DNA of 19,999 nucleotides from Myxococcota bacterium (GTDB taxonomy: Bacteria; Myxococcota_A; Polyangia; Nannocystales; Nannocystaceae), in the NCBI GenBank assembly GCA_039194325.1, contig JBCCWC010000249.1, positions 1 to 19,999 of the forward strand. The letters are read 5' to 3'. Below are positions 1 to 7,626 of the stretch, piece after piece. The number at the start of each line of letters is the position of its first letter. The stretch's first letter is position 1. Below the pieces are notes generated by a model. That model did not search any database. It saw only the letters and a list, made by a program, of their open reading frames with translations, and was not told the origin of the DNA. A program made the translations under genes and the position numbers.

Positions 1-5
1 GGAGT

Positions 6-1184
6 TCAGAAGCCGGCGTCGATGTTCTGCTCGATCTGGTCGAGAGTCAGCGCGTGGTCGTAGACCGCCACCAGGTGCAGGACTCCCTGCCAGGGGCGAT
101 CGAGCGTGGGTTCGTTGCCGCACGACAGCACGTAGCTCTCGTTCCAGTTGGAGAAACTGCCGGTTCGCGTGCTCTCGCCGTGAAGCTGACCGTCGATGTA
201 GATCCGATCATGGCCGTCGTCGGTCCGTACGTAGGCCAGGTGAGTCAGGTTGGTGGTCGCGACGGGCGAGCTGACCAATTCGGGCGTACCGTTGAGCGAG
301 CCCGACCCGTTGCTCGTTCGAACCCTCCCGACGAAGACCGGATCGGAGTTGACGTAGTGGCCCTGGCCCAGCGTGAAATCTCGATAGTCGCCGGAGTCCG
401 ACACGGTCAGGATGCGCCCCGGTCCGGTCATGCCCTTCGTCGCCGGGGTCACCCACGCCTCGGCGGTCAGCTCCCCGGTAGCTTGGCAGGCTTCGATGAC
501 CTTGGTGGCCGGAACGATCGAGGTGGCGACCGCATCCTCAAAGGCGAGCCCGTCGCCCTGCCAATGGAAGCCCACGCTTTGCATCGTCGCGCTTTCGATC
601 GTCAGGTCGAGCGGCTCGCCGTACCCTCCCTGGTCGGCCACCGTGGTGCCCGACCCCTCGTCGAAGCGATAGAGCACCAGCAAGCCCTCGGTGACCCGAG
701 ATATGCCGGAGCCAGTCGACTCGACGATGCCCGTGCTCATGTCGGGGGATCCGGTGGTGCTCGTGCCTTCGATCGGAAGGCCCGTGCTGCCGGGATCGGG
801 CTCGGCGGTGCCGGCGACGGGCTCGGTGGTGAAGCCGGTGTCGAGCATCGGCGAAGAGGTGCCGGTCGCCGGCTCGGGAGGCGAGCCCGAGCTGCCGCTG
901 GTCATTGGTACGTCGTCAAGCTCGACGCAGGTGCCAGCGAGCTCGGCGCTGGCGTGGTCGCCGAACCGCCGCCCCGACGAGCAGTCGGGATCGGGGAAGC
1001 TGCAATAGCCGATGCTCTCGCAAGTGCCGTCGGAACCGCACTGGTGGGGCAAGCTACATACGAAGGTGTTGGCCGGCGCACAGCTGAACCCGAGCCTAAG
1101 CCCGAGACCAAGCCCGAAGACGGTGACACTCCACCGAGCGACACCCCAACGAACGATGCGCCACCGTGGGCTCGTCGACTTCAC
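6..1184 (-). CDS. Secreted Cys-rich protein with C-terminal LamG / concanavalin-like (Laminin_G_3-type) domain
   Basis: 392-aa ORF. It has an N-terminal hydrophobic signal-like segment, then a Cys-rich block (CSLPHQCGSDGTCESIGYCSFPDPDCSSG) and a T/S/G/P-rich linker. The C-terminal ~220 aa (LVLYRFDEGSGTTVAD...LTAEAWV...LTHLAYV...RIYIDG...LHLVAVYDHALT) follows the LamG jelly-roll pattern. The overlapping plus-strand ORF is R/G/A-rich shadow. Confidence 0.7.
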   Translation of the reverse strand: MKSTSPRWRIVRWGVARWSVTVFGLGLGLRLGFSCAPANTFVCSLPHQCGSDGTCESIGYCSFPDPDCSSGRRFGDHASAELAGTCVELDDVPMTSGSSGSPPEPATGTSSPMLDTGFTTEPVAGTAEPDPGSTGLPIEGTSTTGSPDMSTGIVESTGSGISRVTEGLLVLYRFDEGSGTTVADQGGYGEPLDLTIESATMQSVGFHWQGDGLAFEDAVATSIVPATKVIEACQATGELTAEAWVTPATKGMTGPGRILTVSDSGDYRDFTLGQGHYVNSDPVFVGRVRTSNGSGSLNGTPELVSSPVATTNLTHLAYVRTDDGHDRIYIDGQLHGESTRTGSFSNWNESYVLSCGNEPTLDRPWQGVLHLVAVYDHALTLDQIEQNIDAGF

Positions 1185-1399
1185 GACGCTCGTTACGGTA
1201 CTACAAAACGATGCGTCGTCGCCGGCTGGCGAACCGCGCCCTGCCCGGTGTCTGGGGGATATCGATGATGCTTCTGTAGTTTGGAGATCACCAGGAATTC
1301 AGGCCGAACCCCCTGCGGTGCAGTCACGCTCGTGTTCGTGCCGAGGGCGCGCCCGTCGAGTGCATTTCCCGAGCGCGCGGACTCCCCTACCCTACGGCG

Positions 1400-3022
1400 G
1401 TGTCTGCGACTCGCCGCATCGTTCCTCGCCTGCTCGCCATTACGCTCGCCACACCGCTCGCCACTACGCTCGCCTGTGACAAGGGTGAGACCAAGAGCGG
1501 TCCTGAGGGCGAGGCTCCCGCGTCCACGCCTTCGCCCCGACCAACGAATGTGTCCCCGGCGGCCAAGCTCCCCGCCATCGAGCTGCCCGATGCCGTCCCC
1601 GCCGAAGCGACGGGCGTGCTGGTGGTCCGCACCCCCGAGTCGCTGTTCGCCACAATCGCGGGCTTCGACCTGCTGGGTGAGCCGGCGCCCGAGGACACCA
1701 AGGCGATGCGCGAGGAGGTCGACGCGTACCTCGAAAAGCGGATCGGCCTGACGCTGACCCAGGTCGACCATGTGACCGTCTTCATCTCCCGACAAAAGGG
1801 TGTGGCCGCGATCATCGAGGGCACGGAGGGCGAACCCAAGGGCCGCAGCGTGGGCGAGCACGAGGGGGCCACGCTGCTGGCGCTGGGCTCGTCGGGCGAA
1901 GAAGCGGTGGCCGCCCAGCACGGCAAGCTGCTGATCGTCGGCCAGACCGAGGCGGTCAAGCTGGCCCTCTCGGCGGCGGCGAGCAGCGGCAAACAGCTGG
2001 GGGACGAGGGCGGACCGCTGGTCGACTTGCTCACCGACGACTCCAAGGGGGTCACGCTGGCGGCCGCCGTGGAGGTGGGCGGGCTGCCCAAGGATCTACG
2101 GGGGGAGCTAGAAGACTTCGGGGTCGAGCGAGCCTCCCTGCGGTACGGCACCGATGGCCTGCGCGCGGTAGCGATGGGATCGGAGAGCTCGATGGAGAAG
2201 CTCGAGATGATGCTCAAGGGCGGCCTGGACATGCTGACCACCCAGGGTCAGCGAGCCAAGGAGGAGGCGATGGCCGGTGACGAGACGCTGACGGGAGTGG
2301 CGGCGATCTACGGGTACCACTCCGCCCTGCGGCTGCGGAAGCTGCTGGTGCCCAAGCTCGACGGCAAGCAGCTGAGCTTGGAGGTGCCGATCCGGATCCA
2401 AGACCCCATGCTGCTGACGGCGGTGGCCGGGATCGCGGCCGCCATCGCGATCCCGGCGATGACCAAGTACATGCGGCGATCCAAGACCTCGGAGGCCCGG
2501 GTGCAGATCGCCAAGATGTTCGACGCCGCTTCGGCCTACTTCAACGAAGAGCACGTCTCGCGCGGAGCGATCGCGATCATCGGGGCCGGCGGGACCATCG
2601 GCGGGGTGGGTGGCGGCGCAGTGGGCGGCGTTGCCCCGCATGCGTGCCCCAACGACGGCCGCCCCAAGGGCAACGCTGGCCTCACCCCCCCGCTGTCGGT
2701 CAACTGCAACGATGGCCCGGGCGGCCGCTGTGTGCCCGTGGCCGGCGAGCCCAAGGGTCCCGGCGAGTACTCCATGAAGCTGTGGACCGACAACCCGGTG
2801 TGGAACGGCCTGAACTTTCAGATGGAACAGGGGCACTACTTCCACTACGATTTTCGGTGGGAGAACGAGATCTCCGGGTTTGGCGCGTGTCAGTTCACGG
2901 CGCAGGCGTTTGGTGATCTCGACGATGATCGGATCTTGTCGACCTACGAGCGCTCAGGAGCGGCGGACGAGATGGGGGTCAATGGAGCAGCGGGGCTCTA
3001 CATCGACAAGGAAGTCGAGTAG
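1400..3022 (+). CDS. Lipoprotein with internal type IV pilin (PilA)-like alpha1 helix and pilin-like C-terminal domain
   Basis: GTG start. Signal peptide with lipobox (LATTLAC|DKGE). Residues ~340-390 read LLTAVAGIAAAIAIPAMTKYMRRSKTSEARVQIAKMFDAASAYF, matching the pilin consensus (AIIGILAAIAIPxFxxYxxRSKxSEAKxNL). It lacks the G|F-T-L-I-E prepilin cleavage motif. The C-terminus is Cys-containing and globular. Confidence 0.6.
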   Translation: MSATRRIVPRLLAITLATPLATTLACDKGETKSGPEGEAPASTPSPRPTNVSPAAKLPAIELPDAVPAEATGVLVVRTPESLFATIAGFDLLGEPAPEDTKAMREEVDAYLEKRIGLTLTQVDHVTVFISRQKGVAAIIEGTEGEPKGRSVGEHEGATLLALGSSGEEAVAAQHGKLLIVGQTEAVKLALSAAASSGKQLGDEGGPLVDLLTDDSKGVTLAAAVEVGGLPKDLRGELEDFGVERASLRYGTDGLRAVAMGSESSMEKLEMMLKGGLDMLTTQGQRAKEEAMAGDETLTGVAAIYGYHSALRLRKLLVPKLDGKQLSLEVPIRIQDPMLLTAVAGIAAAIAIPAMTKYMRRSKTSEARVQIAKMFDAASAYFNEEHVSRGAIAIIGAGGTIGGVGGGAVGGVAPHACPNDGRPKGNAGLTPPLSVNCNDGPGGRCVPVAGEPKGPGEYSMKLWTDNPVWNGLNFQMEQGHYFHYDFRWENEISGFGACQFTAQAFGDLDDDRILSTYERSGAADEMGVNGAAGLYIDKEVE

Positions 3023-3040
3023 CCGGAGGAGCCGCAGAGC

Positions 3041-3529
3041 TCAAGAGCTCGCCACGATCGCCGCGATGAACAGACCGCAGGCGACCGCCGACGCGACGGT
3101 CCGCACGTGATTCCACAGCGTCCAACGCTCGAGGTAGGCGGACCAGAGCTCGGCCGACCCGAAACCATCGGGCTCGACCGCGGCCAGGGCATCGTTGAGC
3201 GGGACGTTGAACACCGCCGTGCAGACGAACATACCCAGCACGTAGACCAGCCCGCCCACGAGCAACAGCGAGGCCCCCGGGCCCCCCCACTGGGTGAGGG
3301 ACCAACCCGCCAGGCCCGCGCCGAGCAGTGACGTCCCGAAGAACAGGGGCAGGAACGCCGAAGAGACGATGACCTCGTTGATGGACTGCATCGCGGCGAT
3401 CCCCGCCGTGCGCGGGATCCCGGCCAGGGCCTTCATGACGAAGGTCGAGAAGGCAAAGTAGATCCCGGCCATCACCCCGCAGCCAATCGCGGCCGCCCAC
3501 GTGCCGATGTTGGCGACGAGGCTCATCAT
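3041..3529 (-). CDS. DUF1772 (anthrone-oxygenase-like) integral membrane protein
   Basis: Start trimmed to ATGATG at 3529 (MMSLVANIG...). Four hydrophobic helices and the family-typical FNVPLNDAL...W..YLERWTLWNHVRT motif. The upstream part of the tracked 222-aa ORF is R/G-rich and implausible. Confidence 0.7.
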   Translation of the reverse strand: MMSLVANIGTWAAAIGCGVMAGIYFAFSTFVMKALAGIPRTAGIAAMQSINEVIVSSAFLPLFFGTSLLGAGLAGWSLTQWGGPGASLLLVGGLVYVLGMFVCTAVFNVPLNDALAAVEPDGFGSAELWSAYLERWTLWNHVRTVASAVACGLFIAAIVASS

Positions 3530-3663
3530 CGCCCGGCCCCCGGTGTCGAGCGCGAGGCGATCCGGCTCGGCATCTCCTTGACCGCCAGTCGCTCGGCGAC
3601 GCGTCGTCCCGTCTTGCCCTTGCCGCCCAGGATCACCGTGGTTTTGTTTGCAGTCGTGGTCAT
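3526..3663 (-). pseudogene. 45-codon N-terminal fragment of an NmrA-like / NAD(P)H-binding Rossmann protein
   Basis: My own minus-strand translation from ATG 3663 gives MTTTANKTTVILGGKGKTGRRVAERLAVKEMPSRIASRSTPGAGR*. The GGxGKTGRRVAERL motif is the typical N-terminus of ~290-aa NmrA-family proteins. The stop (3528-3526) overlaps the DUF1772 ATGATG start. Confidence 0.4.
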
Positions 3664-3732
3664 CACAAGGGACACCATGAAAGATGCGTAGATACATTGT
3701 TAGGCGCAAATTATCCGAGTATCATTGCATCT

Positions 3733-4644
3733 ATGCAAGGCAACGCGAACGCCCGAGACCTGCTCCCCTGGGACGATGTGCGGCTGTTCTTGGCGCTGTG
3801 CCGCTCGCGTACCCTCGGCGAGGCGGGGCGCCGGCTCGGCGTGGACGGCTCGACGATGTCTCGACGCCTCGACGGGCTCGAGGAGGCGCTGGCCATGGTC
3901 CTCTTCGAGCGAGGCCGAGGCGGGATCACGGCGACCGAGGCCGCCCAGCAGCTGATGCCGGTGGCCGAGGAGATGGAGTACGTGATGGCTCGCTTCACCG
4001 GAGCAGCGGAGACCTTCGAACGATCGATCGCCGGGCGGGTGCGTATCGCGTGCCCCGCCGACGCGGCCGAGGTCCTCGTCGCCCCGCTGCTGCCGCGGCT
4101 GCTGCAACGGCACCCCAGCCTGTTCATCGATCTCGACGCGGGCGAGGGCGTGGTCGACATGGCGCGCCGGGACGCCGACCTGGCGCTCCGGACGGCGCGG
4201 ACGACCCAAGGGGATCTGCTCGTGACGCGGTTGTTCCGGCTACAGTGGAGTGTGGTCATCGCCCCGCGGCTGGCCAAGACGATCGGTACGCTGCGGGCGT
4301 GGAGTGATGTGCCCTGGATCATGTGCAGCGAGCGCATGGCCGAGACGACGCCCGGGCGCTGGGGCGCCGCGAACCTCGGCGGCATCGAGCCGATCCTGCG
4401 CTCGGACAGCCTCACCGTGCAGATCGCCTCGGTGGCCAACGGCCTGGGCGCTGCTCTGGTCCCCAACGTGAGCGTCGAGCACTACGGGTTAGTGCCGCTG
4501 AAGCTGACTCGCAAGCTACACCGGTCCGTGGGCGAGTGGCCGCAGGACGATCTCTACCTGGTCACTCACCGTACCCTTCGCGGCGTGCCGAGGGTGCGAG
4601 CGGTGTGGGACTTCCTGATCGAGCACACGGCTGAGCGCCGGTGA
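3733..4644 (+). CDS. LysR-family transcriptional regulator
   Basis: N-terminal wHTH (DDVRLFLALCRSRTLGEAGRRLGVDGSTMSRRLDGLEEALAMVLFER) followed by a substrate-binding-like C-terminal region. ATG 3733 is preferred over the TTG at 3697. It is divergent from the DUF1772/NmrA-fragment unit. Confidence 0.85.
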   Translation: MQGNANARDLLPWDDVRLFLALCRSRTLGEAGRRLGVDGSTMSRRLDGLEEALAMVLFERGRGGITATEAAQQLMPVAEEMEYVMARFTGAAETFERSIAGRVRIACPADAAEVLVAPLLPRLLQRHPSLFIDLDAGEGVVDMARRDADLALRTARTTQGDLLVTRLFRLQWSVVIAPRLAKTIGTLRAWSDVPWIMCSERMAETTPGRWGAANLGGIEPILRSDSLTVQIASVANGLGAALVPNVSVEHYGLVPLKLTRKLHRSVGEWPQDDLYLVTHRTLRGVPRVRAVWDFLIEHTAERR

Positions 4645-4647
4645 CGG

Positions 4648-5670
4648 CTAGCCCGGGGTCGTTGCTCGAATGAGACGATCACGCACTGCTCGCCAGTCGG
4701 GCTCGTCTGGAGGCATGACGATCAGGATCCGTCGGGGCTGCTGCTGGTCACACTCACGGAGCGTGGCGTAGAGCAACCGGGCCGCGGTGGTCGGATCGGG
4801 CAGCACACGGCGTACACAAGCAACGGGACCATCCTCTCGCCCGACCCAGAGCACTACGTCATCCTCGGCGGGCCCTAGCTCGGCCAGCGCCTCGGGTGAC
4901 TCCACGCGTAGCGCAGGGGCTCGCGGTGCGTAGTGCCGCGCCCGCTGACCGGGACTGCGGGCCGGCCCGGGACCACGAGATCCCTCGTCGAGCGCCTGCC
5001 CCAGGTGTAGACCCAGCGCGCTCGCGCCCAGCGGACCCGGCCGTAGGATCCGCGGCTGCGGTCCGGTCAGATCGACCACCGTGGACTCGATGCCCACGGC
5101 GGTCGGACCGCTGTCGAGGATCATCTCCACTCGACCCTCGAGGTCGGCGAGCACGTGCTCGGCTCGGGTTGGCGAGACGTGCTCGGAACGATTGGCGCTG
5201 GGAGCGGCGAGGGGTCGACCGGTCGTCGCGATCAGGCTCCGCGCCACCGCGGGAGCGGGCACCCGCAGGCCCACCGTGTCGAGCCCGGCGCTCACGTCGG
5301 CCGGTAGCGAGTCGGCGCGAGGCACCACCAAGGTCAGCGGCCCCGGCCAAAACGCGGACAAGCGCCCGGCGGCCGCGGGCCACCGAGCGGCGTAATGCCG
5401 GGCCATCGCCTCGTCGGCCACGTGCACGATGAGCGGATTGTCCGAGGGGCGTCCCTTGGCGGCGAAGATCCGCTGCACCGCCGACGCGCACGTGGCATCG
5501 GCGCCGAGCCCATAGACGGTCTCGGTGGTAAAGGCGACCAGGCCGCCCGCTCGCAGCACCGCGGCCGCTTCGGCGAGCACGAGGGGATCGGGCGCGTCGC
5601 GATCGATCGGTATCACGCGGGTTCGGGGCACGCGGCCGGGACGATACTTCAGTGGATCGCACTCGGTCAT
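4648..5670 (-). CDS. tsaC: L-threonylcarbamoyladenylate synthase (Sua5/YwlC/TsaC family, with Sua5 C-terminal domain)
   Basis: YrdC-domain motifs are present: GGLVAFTTETVYGLGADA, KGRPSDNPLIVHV, WPGPLTLVV, GLRVP, LAAPSANRS and GIESTVVDL..PRILRPGP. Start set at ATG 5670 (MTECDPL...), giving 340 aa. The 93 upstream codons of the tracked ORF are R-rich shadow. Confidence 0.85.
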   Translation of the reverse strand: MTECDPLKYRPGRVPRTRVIPIDRDAPDPLVLAEAAAVLRAGGLVAFTTETVYGLGADATCASAVQRIFAAKGRPSDNPLIVHVADEAMARHYAARWPAAAGRLSAFWPGPLTLVVPRADSLPADVSAGLDTVGLRVPAPAVARSLIATTGRPLAAPSANRSEHVSPTRAEHVLADLEGRVEMILDSGPTAVGIESTVVDLTGPQPRILRPGPLGASALGLHLGQALDEGSRGPGPARSPGQRARHYAPRAPALRVESPEALAELGPAEDDVVLWVGREDGPVACVRRVLPDPTTAARLLYATLRECDQQQPRRILIVMPPDEPDWRAVRDRLIRATTPG

Positions 5671-5765
5671 GCACGCTTGGGGAGGCAGGAGGCGAGGGGT
5701 CACAATGGCCCCCGCGGTGCGGGCACGATCCCTGTATCGTGACCGCACCGCGGGCATACGGCGGG

Positions 5766-6338
5766 TCATGCCCGCTGCACGCCGGTGAGGCTGATCATGC
5801 TGTTGCGTTGGGCGCCCTCGGCCACGAACTCCTGGATCGTAAGCGCCAGCGTCGCGGCGACGAGCCCGATGAAGGGCAGGTGCTCCCCGCCTTCGCACGT
5901 GGCCTGCCCGGAGTGATCCTCGGCGTCCGGCACGAATTGCTCGTCCCACCGCACCATGCCGTAGGTCCCGTCGGCTGAAATTGCCGCATGGACGCAGGGC
6001 TTTTGGCGCGCCCGCGCAAAGCGAGACAGCAACGACCGGCTGGGCGCGTTGTCCAAGCCGTCGACGAGCAGGTCACCCTCACCGAGCAGTTCGGCGACGT
6101 TGGCCTCGACCAGCCTCACACCGAACGCCTCGACCTTGAGGCCGAAGAAGTTCTGCAATTGCTGCTTGAGCGCGGTGGCCTTGTTCTTGCCCACCGACTG
6201 CCGGACGAAGGCTTGCGCCAGCACGTTCTTGCTCTCGACCCGGTCGAAGTCGACCAGCCGCAGCGTGGCGTCGAGGTTGCGACACCCCATGACGGCCGTG
6301 GAGCCGAGCGCACCCACACCACAAAATACGATACGCAC
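5766..6338 (-). CDS. Minimal ThiF/MoeB-type E1-like adenylyltransferase (190 aa)
   Basis: GTG start 9 nt after the upstream stop. Rossmann GxGxxG (IVFCGVGALGS), the E1 motif VDFDRVESKNVLAQ (cf. DxDxVexSNLxRQ), LLVDGLDNAPSRSLL (cf. vDctDNxxxR) and candidate Cys residues (KPCVHAA, QATCEGG). Confidence 0.75.
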   Translation of the reverse strand: MRIVFCGVGALGSTAVMGCRNLDATLRLVDFDRVESKNVLAQAFVRQSVGKNKATALKQQLQNFFGLKVEAFGVRLVEANVAELLGEGDLLVDGLDNAPSRSLLSRFARARQKPCVHAAISADGTYGMVRWDEQFVPDAEDHSGQATCEGGEHLPFIGLVAATLALTIQEFVAEGAQRNSMISLTGVQRA

Positions 6339-6347
6339 CAGAGCACC

Positions 6348-6620
6348 TCAGCCTTCGCCGAAGGGAACCTTGGGGCGCAGGTAGATCCGCGTGGCCTCGC
6401 GACCACTGGGGCCACGACGACCCCACGCGCTGCGGAGTCGATCGACCACGTACGAGTCGAACGCATCCTTGGGCAAGTGAGCGATGTGCAAGCCCGGCAG
6501 ATCGCCCGAGCGGATCAGCTCGATAGCCACGCGCCGGATGTCGCGGTCGGTCATGCGATCGCTGACCGTGGTCTTGTAGTCGACCGAGAGGCCATTATAG
6601 GTGATGTTCAGGATTGCCAT
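6348..6620 (-). CDS. Small ubiquitin-like (beta-grasp) candidate ending in ...RPKVPFGEG-stop
   Basis: 90 aa with a strand-strand-helix-strand pattern by eye (AILNITYNG / SVDYKTTV / TDRDIRRVAIELIRSG / YVVDRL / RIYLRPKV). The C-terminal Gly directly precedes the stop. GAGGA lies upstream of the ATG. It sits immediately 5' of the E1-like gene. Confidence 0.5.
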   Translation of the reverse strand: MAILNITYNGLSVDYKTTVSDRMTDRDIRRVAIELIRSGDLPGLHIAHLPKDAFDSYVVDRLRSAWGRRGPSGREATRIYLRPKVPFGEG

Positions 6621-6678
6621 GTGAGTGAGTCCTCATGGTGAAGGGCCACCCGGGCCCGCCGTGGACGAGCCCGGGCGC

Positions 6679-7620
6679 TCAGTAGTTGGTGATGTGGAGC
6701 AGGTCGCGATCGATCGCCTCGCTGATCACCGAGGGCAAGCTGTCGAGCCCCAGCTGCTCGTCGTGACCATTGAGGCAGATCCCCGAGTCGTAGACGTGGA
6801 GGGTGTCTCGATCGACCACGGCGATGAACTGCTCACCGAGGTAGCGAAACACGACCTCCTGGCGCCCCTGGCTGAGCTGACGACTGCTCACCAGCTCGGC
6901 CCCTGCCTGCTCCAAGACGATCGCGGCCCGCTCGCTCGTGCCCGCGCCCGTGCCCATAGCGGTCGTGCCCGAGGGCTGCGGTCGCGCCCGAGCGCGGTGG
7001 TTCGAGCCAGGGTCGAGCTGGAAGATCCGCGCCTCCCGCTCGTCGAGCAGAGCCTGGGCATCCAGCGTCCCCTCGGCGACGGCGTGTACCTGGCGGAGCA
7101 CCTCTCGTACCGAGACCTGCAGACCCCGGCGCGCCGCCTCGCGGCGGAGCCGGGCGTAGCCGAACGCACCACGCAGTGAGGGCGCGACGCCTTTGATCCC
7201 GGCCACGCTGTCGTCATCGAGCAGCGCAGTGCGAGCCGCGTCTTCGGCCTCGTCCTCAAACGCGAGGAGATCGAACACCAGCTCGTCGCCGGGCCAGCGC
7301 CGGGCAACCGCCGGGCTGAGTACGGGGGGCTCGTCTTCGGGCATCAGGTAGACTCGTCGTGCAGTATCACCCCCGGTAAAGAGCCAGTCTCCGACCATGT
7401 GCCCGCGAACGGCGGGCAGGTGATCGAGCGAGGGCACGTCGACCTTCTCGGCGGGCGTGGCGTGGCGCCCCGCGATCTCGAATCTCCACCAGCCAGCGGC
7501 CACGCGCCGCGTGACGCGGAGCCGCCGGTCGGGCGCGTGAACCGACGGCCCGCCCCGGTAGGGCAGGACCATGGTCTGGGTGACCCCGAGGAACTTGCGG
7601 TAGTCCATGGACCTCACCAT
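6679..7620 (-). CDS. Hypothetical protein with tentative C-terminal E2/UBC-like active-site motif
   Basis: 313 aa. The ATG lies 6 nt after the TROVE-vWA stop (TGAGGAGCCATG). The C-terminus LHVYDSGICLNGHDEQLGLDSLPSVISEAI resembles the UBC signature HPNvxxxGxICLDILxxxWxPxxxIxxVLxSI. I did not recognise the N-terminal 230 aa. Confidence 0.5.
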   Translation of the reverse strand: MVRSMDYRKFLGVTQTMVLPYRGGPSVHAPDRRLRVTRRVAAGWWRFEIAGRHATPAEKVDVPSLDHLPAVRGHMVGDWLFTGGDTARRVYLMPEDEPPVLSPAVARRWPGDELVFDLLAFEDEAEDAARTALLDDDSVAGIKGVAPSLRGAFGYARLRREAARRGLQVSVREVLRQVHAVAEGTLDAQALLDEREARIFQLDPGSNHRARARPQPSGTTAMGTGAGTSERAAIVLEQAGAELVSSRQLSQGRQEVVFRYLGEQFIAVVDRDTLHVYDSGICLNGHDEQLGLDSLPSVISEAIDRDLLHITNY

Positions 7621-7626
7621 GGCTCC

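Noticed and set aside
54-1268. 404-aa plus-strand ORF, with several smaller ORFs, overlapping the LamG gene.
   Set aside because: The composition is R/G/A/P-rich with no recognisable motifs. It lies antisense to an ORF with a clear domain pattern. This is the typical shadow ORF of high-GC DNA. The same reasoning applies to 1193-1921(-), 1387-2241(-), 2108-2845(-), 3700-4466(-), 4859-5674(-), 5988-6641(+), 7367-7879(-), 7828-8527(+), 7979-8794(-), 10081-10491(-), 10100-10825(+), 11010-11597(-), 13428-13967(+), 14311-15132(+) and 15577-16254(-).
5671-5949. The N-terminal 93-codon extension of the Sua5/TsaC ORF. I also considered the 91-codon extension of the TROVE-vWA ORF (9379-9651) and the 60-codon extension of the DUF1772 ORF.
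   Set aside because: All three extensions are R/G/P-rich and lack family similarity. Internal starts (ATG 5670; GTG 9378 with a GAGGAG RBS; ATG 3529) give family-typical lengths. The 9379-9651 stretch is better explained as a structured leader with repeats.
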